A DNA stretch of 63,169 nucleotides, counting the filler, from Choristocarpus tenellus KU-1152 (lineage: Eukaryota > Protista > Phaeophyceae), in NCBI GenBank assembly GCA_964200185.2. It is 10 parts of 10 records of this genome, joined end to end, with 100 filler letters (N's around TTAATTAATTAA, not from the genome) between each part and the next. Parts side by side here need not be neighbours in the genome. Positions count along the whole stretch, not along the records: positions 46,407 to 53,446 come from CAXNAD020006802.1; positions 53,547 to 57,563 come from CAXNAD020016649.1; positions 57,664 to 60,177 come from CAXNAD020027169.1; 7 more parts are not named here. The stretch is one strand, 5' to 3'. Each line of letters starts with the position of its first letter. Positions within the stretch are counted from its first letter, which is position 1. The translations under genes and the position numbers were made by a program. Positions 46,307 through 60,108 of this stretch are shown piece by piece. The notes under the pieces were generated by a model, which was not told where the DNA came from, did no database searches, and saw nothing but the letters and a program-made list of their open reading frames with translations.

Positions 46307-47800
46307 NNNNNNNNNNNNNNNNNNNNNNNNNNNNNNNNNNNNNNNNNNNNTTAATTAATTAANNNNNNNNNNNNNNNNNNNNNNNNNNNNNNNNNNNNNN
46401 NNNNNNCTTAGATGGGGTACTCCACTTCGACCCTAACGTCAGTTACTGACTGAGTATACCCCCCTATAGCTGTAGACACAGATGATGCCACAGTGACACC
46501 ACACGTAGCTCCTTCTCCTACTACTATCCCTGTGAACTTACCACCACATCTGTGTCATCCAAGACCCCCAACAAACAAACCCACTTTCCATCCTAATGTG
46601 TATAAGCAGGGACTGCAGGGGACAGGTTTGCACAACATACGAGTGGATATGGATACCTCGATTGGTGGCTTTATATATTTGCTAAGTGTCCACAATGTGC
46701 GTAAATGGTAAGAATGCCTTAAAAACAGCCCTTTTCAAAATTGACAGCTTAAACTTTATGTACACTTGCTAAAGTGACAGTGTCTTAGAGAGCCATCGTC
46801 CATATTGAGTGTAGCAAACCTGTCTGCCTACTCACCAAAAGCTTGTTCTGAATGACGTTGAGGGTCTTTTTGCAGGGTAGAAACCATACTTCAAGAAAAT
46901 TGGAGAAGGGCTTTATGAAGCGCATGGTGAATATTTATTGGATCAGGGTTTCTTGTACAGGGACCTAGTAAAATATCTTGATCCACAAGGGGGAATATAT
47001 AGTTCTGTCCATCTGAACTGCAGTACCAGTTACAGTATACATTCTTTGTATTGTGGTAAGTGAATCCTTTGTTTGACTCCATTGATCGCAGGTTGAATAG
47101 GTGTGTTGCATGTAATGTGACGTGTATTACTGTTACTTGTTGCACATTAGTCGGGGATGATCCCATCCTGTGGTTAGAGATACTATATACTACACTATTT
47201 CTCATACCGAGTATCGATTAAATTGTACTGCCGTTGTTCCTGCCTTACTTCTTGCCCATTCGGTTGAGCACTCCCACCATTTGACACTACGTCTCATCCC
47301 TTGAATTTTCTGCTGGACCTGCCCTTAATTTTCTATCTTGATCTCGGTCCACCATTTATAGGACAGACAGATTAGTACAAGTGTGCCATACGTTATGCTT
47401 GCTACATGGAATAGCATCTTCAAAACCATGTTTCTGTGAAGATAAGTCTAGCATTGAAAGGACTCAAACGCACTAAATTCAGGAAGGTCGCAAGTACCCT
47501 ATTATAGTACAGGACAGAGTACACAATCCGATGTGTTTGCTATGTGGAATAGCACTATCGAAAACAGATATTGTGGGAACAAGCCAAACCATCAGATTTA
47601 TCCAGGTTGCCATTGCCTTAACCACTGACTCACGAGGAAATGACATAAAATCGTAGGTAGTCACTTTAGGGCCGTTACACCCCTCAACTTTATCCTCACT
47701 TGTACAGTGTTTGAGAAGTTCAGATAATATCTTACCAATCAGCCACACCTACGTAACAATAGGACACACAATAGATTGCTGTGCTTGTGGACACAATATA

Positions 47801-49288
47801 CTTCCTCCGTTCGGAATTAAATGCAACAAAACTTTTTCACGCTCCATTCTCGCCCGAGAACGACCCATGCGATAAATCTTCTGAACGGAGGCTTAGCTCT
47901 CATATTCATTGGGAGGCGTGCAAAGTTTGATATGGTGGGCTGTCATGACAGTGGAGGATCACCAGTGCAAAGTCTACGAGGTCGCATTTGACGGGGTTCA
48001 AGAACCTCGTGAAACTGTGAAAGAGGGTGTTTATAAGGATGCATAGGATGAAGGCCTCCTGTCGTTCAAACGGGTCGCTCATCCTGTCGTCGGCCGTCGG
48101 TCCCAATGCTTTGACGCAGAAGTCTGTCCAGGGTCAGGACTCAAGCACTGTGATGAAGAACAGCGCAGAAGCGCAATGCCTGGAGGTGAAAGGGCACGAG
48201 ACTCGGATGCCTTGGGGGACGATGGTGACCATCGCAGAGGCCTTCGAAGTTTCCTGAATCACTGTGTTCCGTCATTTGAATGAGTATGTTAGCCAGATCG
48301 CACGGGGTGAATGCATGGACCTTGTACGATGTTAGCACATTACTAAACAAACCCCTGTCTACCGAGCAGATAGTCAACTAACTACCTGGCTGACTACCTG
48401 CTCGGTACACAAGGGGTTTACTAATGTTCTAACTAACGCTACTCTCGTGGGATCGAATCTTGCATGGGTACACATCTTTCAAAAGGCTAAAACGCCGGAT
48501 ACACAACCTTAAATTAGCAACTGCCCCACCCAAGTTGGTCACTGATTAGAGGGATGGCAACCCTCGGGCGAAATCTCATCATGTCTAACAGCTTGCGATC
48601 CTCGGGATTACCTTTTGTTAGAGCATTAGTAAGCCTGGCTGACTACCTACTCCGTAGACACAGGGGTCTACTAATGTTCTAACATACGACATTGCAAGGA
48701 GCGATATGGACGCCGTACAAGTATCCTCGACATTTATGATGCCCCATCGATATATACTGCACGTCCTTCCGCAAATGGGTGGCTAAAGCTAGGGTTTCCC
48801 TTATCTCTTTTGGGATCTGTGCAAGTGCGAAACAACGAAGGAGGTCAACCAATAGATTATGACAATCCTCTCAGACCAGCAGAAAGTCAACAGGGGGGAG
48901 CTTCGCCATCAGCCATACGCATAGGAGAGGGGCAAGTGGGGTATTTATGAAAGATCTGTATGACTGGAGAGCGCGTCTGGCAAAGCCTCTTCACGGTCTA
49001 TGGTGAAGTGCTGGGGTCCAAGGGTGACAACATCTTCAAAACTCCCCATGTTCGAAGGAAAAGGCTGAGAAGATGGGCAAGCTTCCCCCGAATGCCCCAA
49101 TGGATGCAGCGAAAATGCTGTGCTGAAATCATAGATAGGTGTAGGCTACCCATTTTTGCTTGAGATTTTGGTTTGCAACCTTTTGCTCTCTGTAGAAGAC
49201 AGCCATAAAATATGAACATGTGAAAAAAAATCTTGCTTTCTTATAGGGGTCCAATAGTTATGTTACATTTAATTCCGAACGTAGGAAG
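47801..49288 (+). mobile_element. Internally deleted plant-type mariner with intact 28-bp TIRs and TA TSD
   Basis: TA|cttcctccgttcggaattaaatgcaaca ... tgttacatttaattccgaacgtaggaag|TA. HTH remnant (GTMVTIAEAFEVS*ITVFR) and C-terminal ERVWQSLFTVYGEVL..GDNIFKTPH. Confidence 0.92.
48330..48684. mobile_element. 355-bp TGTTAG...CTAACA insertion (solo LTR or TIR element) with perfect 5-bp TSD TACGA
   Basis: tacga|tgttagcac...gttctaaca|tacga. The empty site is visible in the sister mariner near 54870-54900. Confidence 0.85.
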
Positions 49289-50299
49289 TAAATTCACGAG
49301 TTTGATGCAACTAGTTGGGTGCGTTGGTTTCAGCCATCTAACCAACTCATCGCTCCTCCTCCTCCATCAAAGGCACTACTCACACTTCGAACATGAAAAT
49401 TTACTACTTCAATTAACCTTTTTCAATGTTTCTCTGTGTGGTTTAACCTGCAAGACATAATCTTCCCTGATACATGAGTTTGCTCATGGTCCACAGTGGC
49501 TAAATTCATGCAAAACAAAACAACCTACGTCAGAATCTATCCCACAGATACATATCCATGACATGGAAGTATGAATCACTGCCTAAACTACCATCACATA
49601 CATAATCAAAATCAGAATGGACAGATAATTTCTATCGTTCAGAACTATACTCAATAGTACTTTTTCATACGAGAATTCACCAGGCTCATTCTCATAGTAT
49701 CAGCAATTGTCGGTTGTAGCAACCACTTTTTATTCAGTAGACAGTAATGCTGTTGGTATTGGTTGGCTGGGTCACCTTGGCTGCTGCTGCATTAGTATCA
49801 CGTACACCAGCTATCACTGCTTCGTTGGAGTAATACTCTGCCATGAACCTCGTCATTGTGATACAAACCAAAGAAATCTTTTACCACCTACATTGGTTGG
49901 TTAAGGTTGTGCTCCATCCCCATGATCCCAAACTTCTCGAGGTCCTCTTGTGGGCACATCCACCAGCTCTTCTCCTGTTCACCATATTTCCTTTTTGATC
50001 GCAAGGTCCCCAAGCATCAACACATTAGGAAGTTGCTCATTCCCCATGCATACAACTGGCACTATGAATGGGAGTACTGTTCTTACACAGCCTCCTTGGT
50101 ACAACCAGAACTTGTCTTCACAAGAGCATCTCTGGAGGACAGTGCATGGTTGGTTGGTGTTTTCCCATTTGCAGTGTGAGAGGAACGCAACATGGAACAA
50201 ATTGTGGTGATGGAGGCAAGCTTCATAGAGCGATTGTGGGGGAGTGTCTATTTTGTACAACCACAAAACACAACCTCATGTACTTAGGTCTTGATCATT

Positions 50300-50900
50300 A
50301 GGATCTTAAGCTCACAAGAAATGCACCTCAGGACCTTCCATGTTGCCTTGGCTGTACTTCGAGAAAGACTCCAAGCCTATTGAATCACCCAGATCTTGAT
50401 ATGGTAGTCATTGCAGCTTCAACTCTACTAGTGCCTCCAAGGTAATCAACGCTGCAAGTCTGCTTTAGTTCTGGTCCATTGTCTGGATCTGCTTGATGTT
50501 GGCATATTAAGAGGTTGAAGGCTCATGGCCTTCGTCTTCAACTCCAACAAGGTCAGGCCGAATAACTTGACCTCCTTCACAATTACTACCATCATCCTGG
50601 TCAAACCTCTATGGGCCATAGGCACAACATCCGCATTGTACGCATAAACCATACCCACAGGATCCATCCCCTCAAGAGTTAATCCACTCCCTGGCACTCC
50701 TCTGACCTGTTGGTTTGTGACCTCTCTCTTCACAACAAGTTTCTTATAGTCGATCAGGATAGAGGTGAACTTCTTAACTGCTGCACTTACTACTGCAGCA
50801 AAGAGATGTTGAAGAGGACGGAGGAAACAACACCACCTTCGTGTTGAAGGCCTTGTTCATCTCCAACTAGTTGGTACATTCTCCATCCATGCGAACACAT
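50300..50900 (-). mobile_element. Degenerate non-LTR retrotransposon RT (RTE-like LINE)
   Basis: EQGLQHEGGVVSSVLFNISFAAV...GMVYAYNADVV..GLTRMMVVIV..FGLTLLELKTKAM, i.e. decayed QGLRQG..LFNIFF, YADD and FGLTVS..KT motifs. Confidence 0.8.
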
Positions 50901-53715
50901 GCTTGCATTCCATAATCGAATTGGCAGATAATTGATATCTTTTCAGGCTAGTAACACTTGAATGCAGACCCTACAATTTGGGTCCTTGTCCTTCAGGGTG
51001 TAAGCTTGGTCATTCGTTTGCTCTTAGTTAAAGGATACTACAATGGCGTAAGATCTAAATCAACAGGAGAAAACAAAGAGTATGATGCGAAATGCAAACC
51101 ATGAGAAGCATACAAAGATAGTTCCATAAAGCACATATTTTCCTGTGATTACGTCGTGTACGTGAGCACTAAAAATATGTAAGCTATATCGTAATCTTGG
51201 TTCAAATACTCACCAGCGATACAGTATTTGTTCTATACGTTTAATTTTATTATGTGCTATCATGTTTCCTCATGGACGCAGTTGGGTGATGGAAAGATAA
51301 TGGACTCTGGAGTACCTGAGTATGCTCCGAACTTCAGCCTCTCACATCTTTCCTCTTTCAGTCCTGTCACCACAGTACAATAGAATTTCTCCTTGTTTAT
51401 GAAAGTCATTTTTTTGTACTGCCCTTGTATGTGTGCATACGTACCATAATGAATCCACTGTCATTGCTATCTCGATATACTCAATTTACTAATAATGTGT
51501 ATCAACATTCTCAAAAACATTTACTACTGAGGGACAAACACATATTTCCTATACTACAAAACTCCCAGAAATTCACCTCATTCAAACGAGTACATGATGA
51601 GTCCATATACCTTCTCCCGGTATAATACATGTGTATGTATGCACTGTGACCTAAGATTCAACGTTTAGTCGATTTCACCGTACCCTATGTCTTGCGATAG
51701 GTGTGTCTTGGGGCAACCTACTCACAACGACAAACAAATCCCTACTCAATATACAGTGAGATGACTAAAGCTCAAACTATGTATGCTTGCTTTCACCACT
51801 CCCCATGCTAGGAACAAACACTTCAGATGCACGGGCTTCAAAAGAAGTGGAACATCCTCCCCATTAGTCCCGCTTGAAAAAACACGCCCAGTGGAGTCCA
51901 CAGGGGAATTCTTGTCTTGAACTGCTGTCATATTTTTTTCGCTTCTCCAAATGATGATTAGGCATATTTCTAATCCACAGGTCACAGGTGGGGTTAGGGT
52001 TTCAAAAATGTGTGTGAAGAAGTGAGAAAGTGGTGGGTCCTTGAGAGGTGGTGGTTCCCCAGTGCACACTATACTGCTGCACCACTGTGTGAAACTTCTA
52101 CAGCTTTTCCTTTGCTCGCTGGCGATATTTTCCAAACACAACTTAAGGCTGAGGTTGGGGATAGAGTAGGACTCCCAAAATTTGTGAGAAAAAGTGGGAA
52201 AAATATTCCAGAGGTGGTTCCTGAAGATGGCAGGTTTCCCCTGTTCCCTGGACCGAGACATGGTCATACATCATCATTGTTCCGTATAAAACGCGCAATG
52301 GTTCAGTATTCTGACCAAATTGGGGAAGCTGAACCGCACTAGTACAGTCCTCGATGAGCACATATATACATACACCCATTGAAGTCATGACCTGCGTTTT
52401 TTCGTAGTATCTAAAACTGGCACCCAAGAGGAATCCCAAGTCGTGCCTCTATCTTCCCCCAGATTCTCCACTTCTCACACCTTACGCTGCACATACCCAA
52501 CATAAAAGACAAATACTTCATTGTATATTCAAGAATCCTTCCAACCAAATCACCATGCAACAATCAGTATCATACCACAAAAAGGTTACTGTTAGGGATA
52601 GAACAAAAAAACAGCACAATAACCCTAATACCCAATACAGCCACTAAACATTTAAGCATGGCTTATCATGTTAACTTTTGGAGGGTAGCAAGAGTTAAAG
52701 GGGAATGTATCTGAAGAGAAATAGGCACAAACTGAAGTTCAACAACTGGACAAGGGATATATTATGGTGGGGAAAAAATATCAAAAGCCTACATAGCACC
52801 TTTATCGTGTCACTACGACCATGTATTTGACTCTCCAACCTACCTCAATTGAGGCTCTCAATATTTTCATGACTACTCATCTACAAAACACCATTCAGGA
52901 AGATGAAGCAAAGCACAAGTGCACTTCAATTACTTGTATCACCAGCAGCAACAAGCAGGCTACAGCCGCATCAATCACATTTCGCATCCCTCTGTTAAAG
53001 TTTCCGCTCATTTTCTATTCCCTTCATGAAAGACACGGGACGTAGAGCTACCAGTTGTTTGCAGTGGGCTTGAAACCAACAAGCTCTCTCCTACCTCCTT
53101 GGCATCACCCAAACCTAAAACTGAAGCTATATTTTTCTATTCTACATCATGACCATTGCTGTTCAGGGACTGCTGTTGCCGTCCATCCAAAGGAGAAGAG
53201 CCTCCAAAACCTTTGATGAGAACACAGGTTGAGAGTGCCTTCAATAGATGAACAACGTGGAAAAGAGGTGAAAGATATGGAAGGTCAATGGGGTGCTGGG
53301 GCAGATGAACAATGCACGAAACACTAGCATTTTCAACATAGTACCACAAAGCGGCAAATACCAGTACTGTGAATTGAAATAGTCCACCAGGGCTTTATCA
53401 ATCAACCCAAACCGTCAATGGTACAGGGTCAAAGTATCTGGGGGGGNNNNNNNNNNNNNNNNNNNNNNNNNNNNNNNNNNNNNNNNNNNNTTAATTAATT
53501 AANNNNNNNNNNNNNNNNNNNNNNNNNNNNNNNNNNNNNNNNNNNNCCCCCCCCCCCCCCCCCCCACCCCTGAGCAGTTTACTCATGGGGGCGGATGTGT
53601 AGACACGCCTTCTTACCTCGAAAAAAATCCTACGTTTCATATAATTTTGTTTCTAATGATCCTTCTTGTATTTATTTTGTGGTTGACCGGAAGATAAGAC
53701 CTCCCCCCCCACAGC

Positions 53716-53720
<5 letters not shown>

Positions 53721-53758
<38 letters not shown>
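53721..53758. repeat. (GT)n(GA)n microsatellite
   Basis: Direct sequence. Confidence 0.95.
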
Positions 53759-54584
53759 ACAATTTAATTGTAAGAATAGTACCCACCCTAGATTTGAAGA
53801 CAGCCCCTCACAGTCAAGGTCATGTGCTCTACCTGTGTTCAGAATGCTCCCATCTCCAACTACAAAATAGTGGTGATGGTCCTGGTGCTCCACAGTAATT
53901 GCCCTTCATCCTAACATCTCACCACCATGGATAATTCACATTACTATTGCTTGCCAGAATCACCCGTTCCCTGTACCCCTTGGAGGGATATACAGCTGCA
54001 TTTGTCGATTCTATCTGGTACCTAATGCTGTGGCCTTTTAAGGGTATGAGAGATAACCCCCGATTGACTGTACACTTCCTCTAAGAGGAGGAGTTCTGGG
54101 ATATGTAGGCGCCGCCTCCCCTTGCTGAATCTACCTCTCCTCATACACTATTTATTGTTTTTTATATCTGCTCCTCATCCCAAATTATACCTGTAGTACT
54201 ACACTTGAACTCTCGATTTCTCAAACGCCCGCTGACAATACCGTCTTAGAAGTAGTACTAAATGTCACGATGAGTGTGTAAGTAGAGTAGAGCTGATTCC
54301 TAGACATGAAAAATGCATCAGTAAAGTAGGAAGAAGGATAGCGTAGTATCAATGGCAAAGGAATTTCAAAAAGAGAAAATTATTGTTTCTTCGTGAGCTT
54401 TTTGGTCGGCCTAGCCTGTTCCACAGAAAATGAAGAAATAGGAAGTTTTTTTTTGGAGTCTTGAGATATACCCCCCCTTTGAGGCTTTTCCTGTCATGCC
54501 AGTATCACTTCTTCCCAAAAATATCTCAACAGTGTGTATCACGATTATTTCTTGTATCCTGGATCTAGCGAGAACCAAAGACAA

Positions 54585-55413
54585 AACTCACTTCTCGTCC
54601 ATACACACACAGTCATTTAGATCGTCCACTAACACCCCATTTCCCCCCCTCCGAGAATGTGACTGATGACGAAACCCACCCTGTTGGCTTTCTGCCCGTC
54701 TGAGAGGACTGGCTTAATCCACCACTTGACCTTCTTCACCTCCTGGTGCTTGCGCATATCTCACAACAAGGCAAGGCAGACCCCACTTTGGCTGCCCATT
54801 TGCAGAAGGATGTGGGTTGTACTGATGAGACATCCCAAACGTCGAAGGTACTTGTACAGCGGCCATGTCATCCCTTGCAAAGTCTCTTACAAGGTCCATG
54901 CAATTACCCTGGGCGATCTGGGTGTCAATATTCCTCCAGATCACAGAACAAAGTGATTTGGGAAATTCTGAAGTCCTCTGTGATGGCTGGCACCGTCCCC
55001 TGAGGCATCCGAGTCTCACACTCTCTCACCTCCAGGCATGGCGCCATGACACTATTCTTCATTGGGTGTTTGAGTCTGGACCCCGCACAGACTTCTGGGT
55101 CGAAGAATTGGGACCAATGGGTGATGACAGGATGAGTGATCCGTTTGAATGACGGGCGGCCTTTGACCAAGGTATCCCAATAAGCACCCGCTTTGACAGT
55201 TTCAGGAGGGATTTGGACTCCATAAAATGTGGCTTGGTTGATTTTCAAACTGGTGATCCTCCACAGTCATGACAGTCCACCATGGCAAACTGGAGATGCC
55301 TCCAAATCTACATGAGAGCTACGCCTTATCCAGAGGGTTTATCATGTGGGTCGTTCCCTGGGGAGAAAGGAGCTTGCAAAAGTTATGATACATGTAATTC
55401 TGAATGGAGTACG
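54585..55413 (-). mobile_element. 5' half of a second copy of the 47801 mariner family
   Basis: Nucleotide and protein homology to 47830-48330 and 48690-48790; WIKPVLSDGQKANRVGFV motif; degenerate TIR at about 55387-55413. Confidence 0.85.
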
Positions 55414-55796
55414 CGTGCCATTTGTTGTTGTTATCTTCGATTAATAAATCCCATGAGATTTTTCTTTTTTTCAATATTTTAATTCGATGTCATTTTTCCT
55501 GTTTTTCCATTCGTTTGTTCCTCTTCGTGATTTTGTTTTTCAAGATGTTTCTATATTTATTATCATTTCTTCATTTTTTCATCTCTCTTTTCTCCTACCT
55601 TTCTGACGAGTGTGGGGGTATATTAGTCACATTGCAATAATAATAAATGAAGTACATTGGTAACACAAATATATAGACAAATAATAGTAAAACATAATGA
55701 AAAATAATATTGCAATGTTAAGATCACTAATAGAAATAATAGTAGTACTACAAATAGTAATAACGATAAGTTAATATTATATTGATAATAATATAA

Positions 55797-55939
55797 GGCC
55801 CAATTTATCGGGGACCTCAAAATCAGGAAACGTGCATTTACATTATCCATCCGACGTATGCAACCAAATCGCCCAAAAATAGCGACATGAAGAAATTGAT
55901 CTCCAATTGGACAGCCGCCACCCCCAGATACTTTGAGCC
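55797..55939. mobile_element. Short complete MITE family B copy with 4-bp TSD ATAA
   Basis: ataa|ggcccaatttatcgggg...cccccagatactttgagcc|ataa, within an AAT-rich low-complexity tract (55630-56300). Confidence 0.8.
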
Positions 55940-56865
55940 ATAATTGATACATTAATATAATATATATAACATTGATATTATTAACAATAAAAAATTAATG
56001 ATAAGAATGATAATAATGACAATATTAACAAGAATGAAAATAATAGTGATAATGATTAAACTACAATAACAATCATTCAATGAATGATAATAATAGTAAT
56101 ATTATTGGTAATAATATTAGCAACAGTATCAGTAGTAACATATCAATACCTACGATATTAATACTAATAAAAATAACGATAGAACTAATGAGAATGATAT
56201 CAACTATACATGGATACGAAAAAGCATATGTAATATTCTCAGTATAAACATATATTGACTATATATATGTAGAAGAGGAAGAAGTTAAAGCAATAACATG
56301 GATCATATATATTGATAATAGTTGAAAACGCTTTTTTAGAGATACCTGTCGTTTTAGCATTGAGTGTTGACTACTGAAGGGATGAGGTTCTCCTTTGTTT
56401 GTCCTAGATCATGTCACTTCTTCATGTATTGTATCCAATGCAAGTACGAAGTGGGCCTACTACATAGCCTCCTTAAAATCGAAATCCCTTACGAGCATCG
56501 ACATCTGACCAATATATAACTTTTTGGTTGGAATTTTATTTTCTGTGCTGTACTCAGAAGGATGGGATCGTGTCCGTCATGAATCTCAAAAATACTTTGT
56601 TATCTGTTGGTACATATCTTATATTTATGCTTCGCTGTGTGCACTTCATCATCCACGACTTCCACTTACATTACAAACATAGCTTCCATAATATATTATA
56701 CATAAACGATATGTTTATCAAGCTCTTTAGTGAATAGAAGGAGATTACCGCCTTGTTCTGAAAAAAACAAAAAAGAGAAAATGAATGCAAAATTTTACAA
56801 CGATGCATGGATTTGATGCCTGGAAAACAGTGGAGTCTTTCGAGAAACTGAGGGTCCCAACATCA

Positions 56866-57124
56866 GAGTCAAAGTATCTTAGAGGGTATACCCGTGTCCA
56901 ATTGGGGACCAAAACCCAATGTTGCGATTCTGATGTAATTTTGGTTGTCGTGTTTGTTAGGAAGTGTCAACATCCTTGTTCCAGACCCACGTTTTCATAA
57001 TAACATGTACATTTCACCTATTCCGAAATATTTTGGAGTAGGAAACGTCATAAGAAACCCAAGGGAAGTCAAGCACCAAATGGACAAACAGGGCAAAAGT
57101 CGTACCCTCTAAGATATTTCACTC
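56866..57124 (+). mobile_element. MITE family A copy 8
   Basis: gagtcaaagtatcttagagggta...taccctctaagatatttcactc, 4-bp TSD ATCA. Confidence 0.93.
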
Positions 57125-57667
57125 ATCAACAAAAAGCAGTAGTACTGCCCCTCCACAAATGTAGCGAGGGAGCTCAGATACAGATAAGATTTGTCAAAAG
57201 AAACAGAGAACATGAGGATATTTACTCTAAATTTTGAAGATATTATGGGTATGTCACAGATTGATGTACGCTTCCAACAAGCAATCTAGATGGACCGTCA
57301 TCAAGTCGTCATCAAGTATTTTTGAATATATATGTGATACACTCACTCCTCATTGCTATTCGTAACAAATTGGTCATGGTATGCACTGCAAACAATAAAA
57401 ATATATAGTTTATTAGATTAATCTCTCTTTACTTCGATAAATTGTTGTTGTTTCAATGGCAAGAGCATCCTATTGTTGTCGGCAAAGAGTGAGTGATCTG
57501 TTCGATTAGACTCTTCCAACTCTATCGGACAGTTACGGTAAATTATTTATGGAGTAATGGAACNNNNNNNNNNNNNNNNNNNNNNNNNNNNNNNNNNNNN
57601 NNNNNNNTTAATTAATTAANNNNNNNNNNNNNNNNNNNNNNNNNNNNNNNNNNNNNNNNNNNNCCAC

Positions 57668-57778
57668 CTTCAGATAGGCATCAATCGCAGACGACCAGCT
57701 TTGAGTCTGCTCAAATATCCTCCCCGAGCTTAGGTAGTCAGTTTTAGTTCCTCCTCGGCCTGCAGATGCTTGTGCCAC
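57668..57778 (-). CDS. IFT172: Intraflagellar transport protein 172, internal exon
   Basis: VAQASAGRGGTKTDYLSSGRIFEQTQSWSSAIDAYLK, 111 nt, aag| ... |gtgg, phase 0. Confidence 0.8.
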
Positions 57779-58604
57779 CTTAGGACAGCATCCAATCACA
57801 CATTGGGAACACCATTGTCCAACACACCCAAGTATCATCGTCCCCAACCAACCCCATGATGATACCGAAAAGTATAGATGGTGGAAGGAGGTACAAAAGA
57901 CGAAAATTGGTTTGGAGTGGGAGCTCTGGGAAGGAGGTTTGACTGGGCTAAGAGGATAGGACGGCAAGGTAGAAGTTTTGGGGCTTTATACTTACAACAA
58001 ACGAATAACACAATGCAAGCGTACCTGTCTTATATTGTGTGGAATCATATGTACGTGTATGATTGGAGGAGGAAGGGATAGAGATTGGGACAGAGGGAGG
58101 GGCAAGAGTTGCTGGGTAGAGCACAGCACTAGCGGAGTTGAGGACATTGACCATGTGCTTCAATACCTATTGCTTCACTGGAAGTTACAATTGAAGAGTC
58201 ATGGGTGTTAGCTTGATGTAGATAACATTACACAAGAGTTGAACTATGTACAAGCAAATCATGTTCCCCTCACAACTGTGCCTTCCACTATTTCACTTGC
58301 TCCTCATTTTTCCCCTCAGCATTCAGAGTTTGGGTGCTGGATAGATCTAGACCTTCACCAGGCCCAGGGGAACAGTCAATGTAAGGTATTTGAAGGGTAG
58401 TGATTGTGGAGTGGTGTGTAATAAACACGACACTTTACATTGCATTGTGGTCTCGTGGTGTTGAAACTACTAGTGGGTGTTGTAGTTGACACAATTCCTT
58501 GATATCTGACCTATATCACGATGGGTTTGTGCAGTGGTGCAGTTACATTATGTGAACCCCTGTCTCTATACTTAATGCAGATCAAAGGAATGTTGGCAAC
58601 TCAC

Positions 58605-58697
58605 CTGGTACTGCATCTGGACCTTGTGCACCATGTGTGGGAGGTGCCTCTGGCACACCCTGAGAGCGTCCTGCCACATGCCCGCCTCTTCATAGCA
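58605..58697 (-). CDS. IFT172: Intraflagellar transport protein 172, internal exon
   Basis: CYEEAGMWQDALRVCQRHLPHMVHKVQMQYQ, 93 nt, cag| ... |gtgagt. Not in the ORF track. Confidence 0.85.
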
Positions 58698-59749
58698 CTG
58701 TTGGCATAGTGACACCATTAACCAGCGGGCAAGGCCAATGGCACAAGCAATATATTATCAATCCCAGGGCAAAACAAAGTCCTAGGGGAAGAGAGGCAAA
58801 CCTTACATTGGGGGGGGGGCATCGTGCTCACACACTTCTGAGAGCTGAGGAACAAGGGAAATACCGGGTTGGGAAGATAGGTATGTCATGGATGACCCAC
58901 GCATGCCATTAGAAGATGAAAGAGAAAGGTAGAAACTTCAAGGAGCTTATTTGTATGGTCAAGTAGAGTACACATGAATCTCCATCTGCCTTGCTTTAAA
59001 ATGGAGACGGTCAGCAGAGTAGAGGGGCAAAGGTAGGTTACATCTGGGGAGACGGGAAGACATTCTGATCAGGCCCAGATCCTCAATTAGCATCAGTATC
59101 ATGCGAATACTATATCTTCTACCAAGGGAGGGGGGGGGGATAAGGATTTAGCAGGTAGCGGAGTAAAGGGGTTGGTTCTAGGGTGTGGGGAACTGAGGCA
59201 GATGAATGTCATGGGCAGATGGACGACAAGATTTGAAAGATTGAGGAGGAGGACATGCTGATAATTTGTTGGTAGATTGGTGGATATAGAAAGACCCAAT
59301 GATGCTAGGATCCAACCTTGACAAAACATACCGAGAACGTGACTCACTTCACTGAAGAGATAGAGAGTGGACACTACTGGTAGAAAATTGGATCTCCCCC
59401 CAACTTCTTCCTGCTTTCTCCTCTCATATCCAATGGTCTACTCACACACAACACCCCTTTTNNNNNNNNNNCCCCCTTTTGCCCTCAGGAACATGCGAAG
59501 ATAAAGGAGTTTGGGCAGGACTATATGTACCTGATTGACCCAGCAATGCGTACATATATACAGGCTGTTATTCCACTTGGGGAAATGTTCGTTTCTCACC
59601 ATGTTCTTTTCTTCTCAAACTATTTTTTTTATCACCCTCAGACCCTTCTCCCTTCCCACTATTCTACTATAGGACTGAACCTATCACTCCTTTCAAACTA
59701 CCCCCCTGCCCCAAAGCTCCATTCCCATTCCTCAACACTCCACACATAC

Positions 59750-59971
59750 TTGCAATGCTTTTTCAGGCTTGAGCGCTCTGAGGAATAGCTCCTCTGCCCT
59801 TGCCCTGTCCCCTGCTGCGGCTGCGTCTGCTGCTCGGGAGCAGAGGACATCAGGTGCAGCAGAGGGGTCATGAGCCTCAGCAACCCGAAGTGCCGATTCC
59901 CAATCCTTCTGGTGAACAAACATGTCAATGGCCTCGCGGGGCTTGCCTGCCTGAAGGAACTCTTCCTCTGC
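59750..59971 (-). CDS. IFT172: Intraflagellar transport protein 172, internal exon
   Basis: AEEEFLQAGKPREAIDMFVHQKDWESALRVAEAHDP...AEELFLRALKPEKALQ, 222 nt, tag| ... |gtatgt. Confidence 0.9.
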
Positions 59972-60108
59972 CTATTTTGCTCACACCACATCCATGCACA
60001 CATAGGAGAAGGTTGGTTATAGCCACGTCAAGCAAAACCCATAGGGGAGAACTAGTTCAAGAGGAATTGATTTACCCGGTGCATTATATTTCAGTTACTC
60101 CTCTGTTC

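Noticed and set aside
55404-56300. Hydrophobic membrane-protein ORFs (also 21557-21790 and 40930-41415)
   Set aside because: By-products of AT-rich low-complexity sequence.
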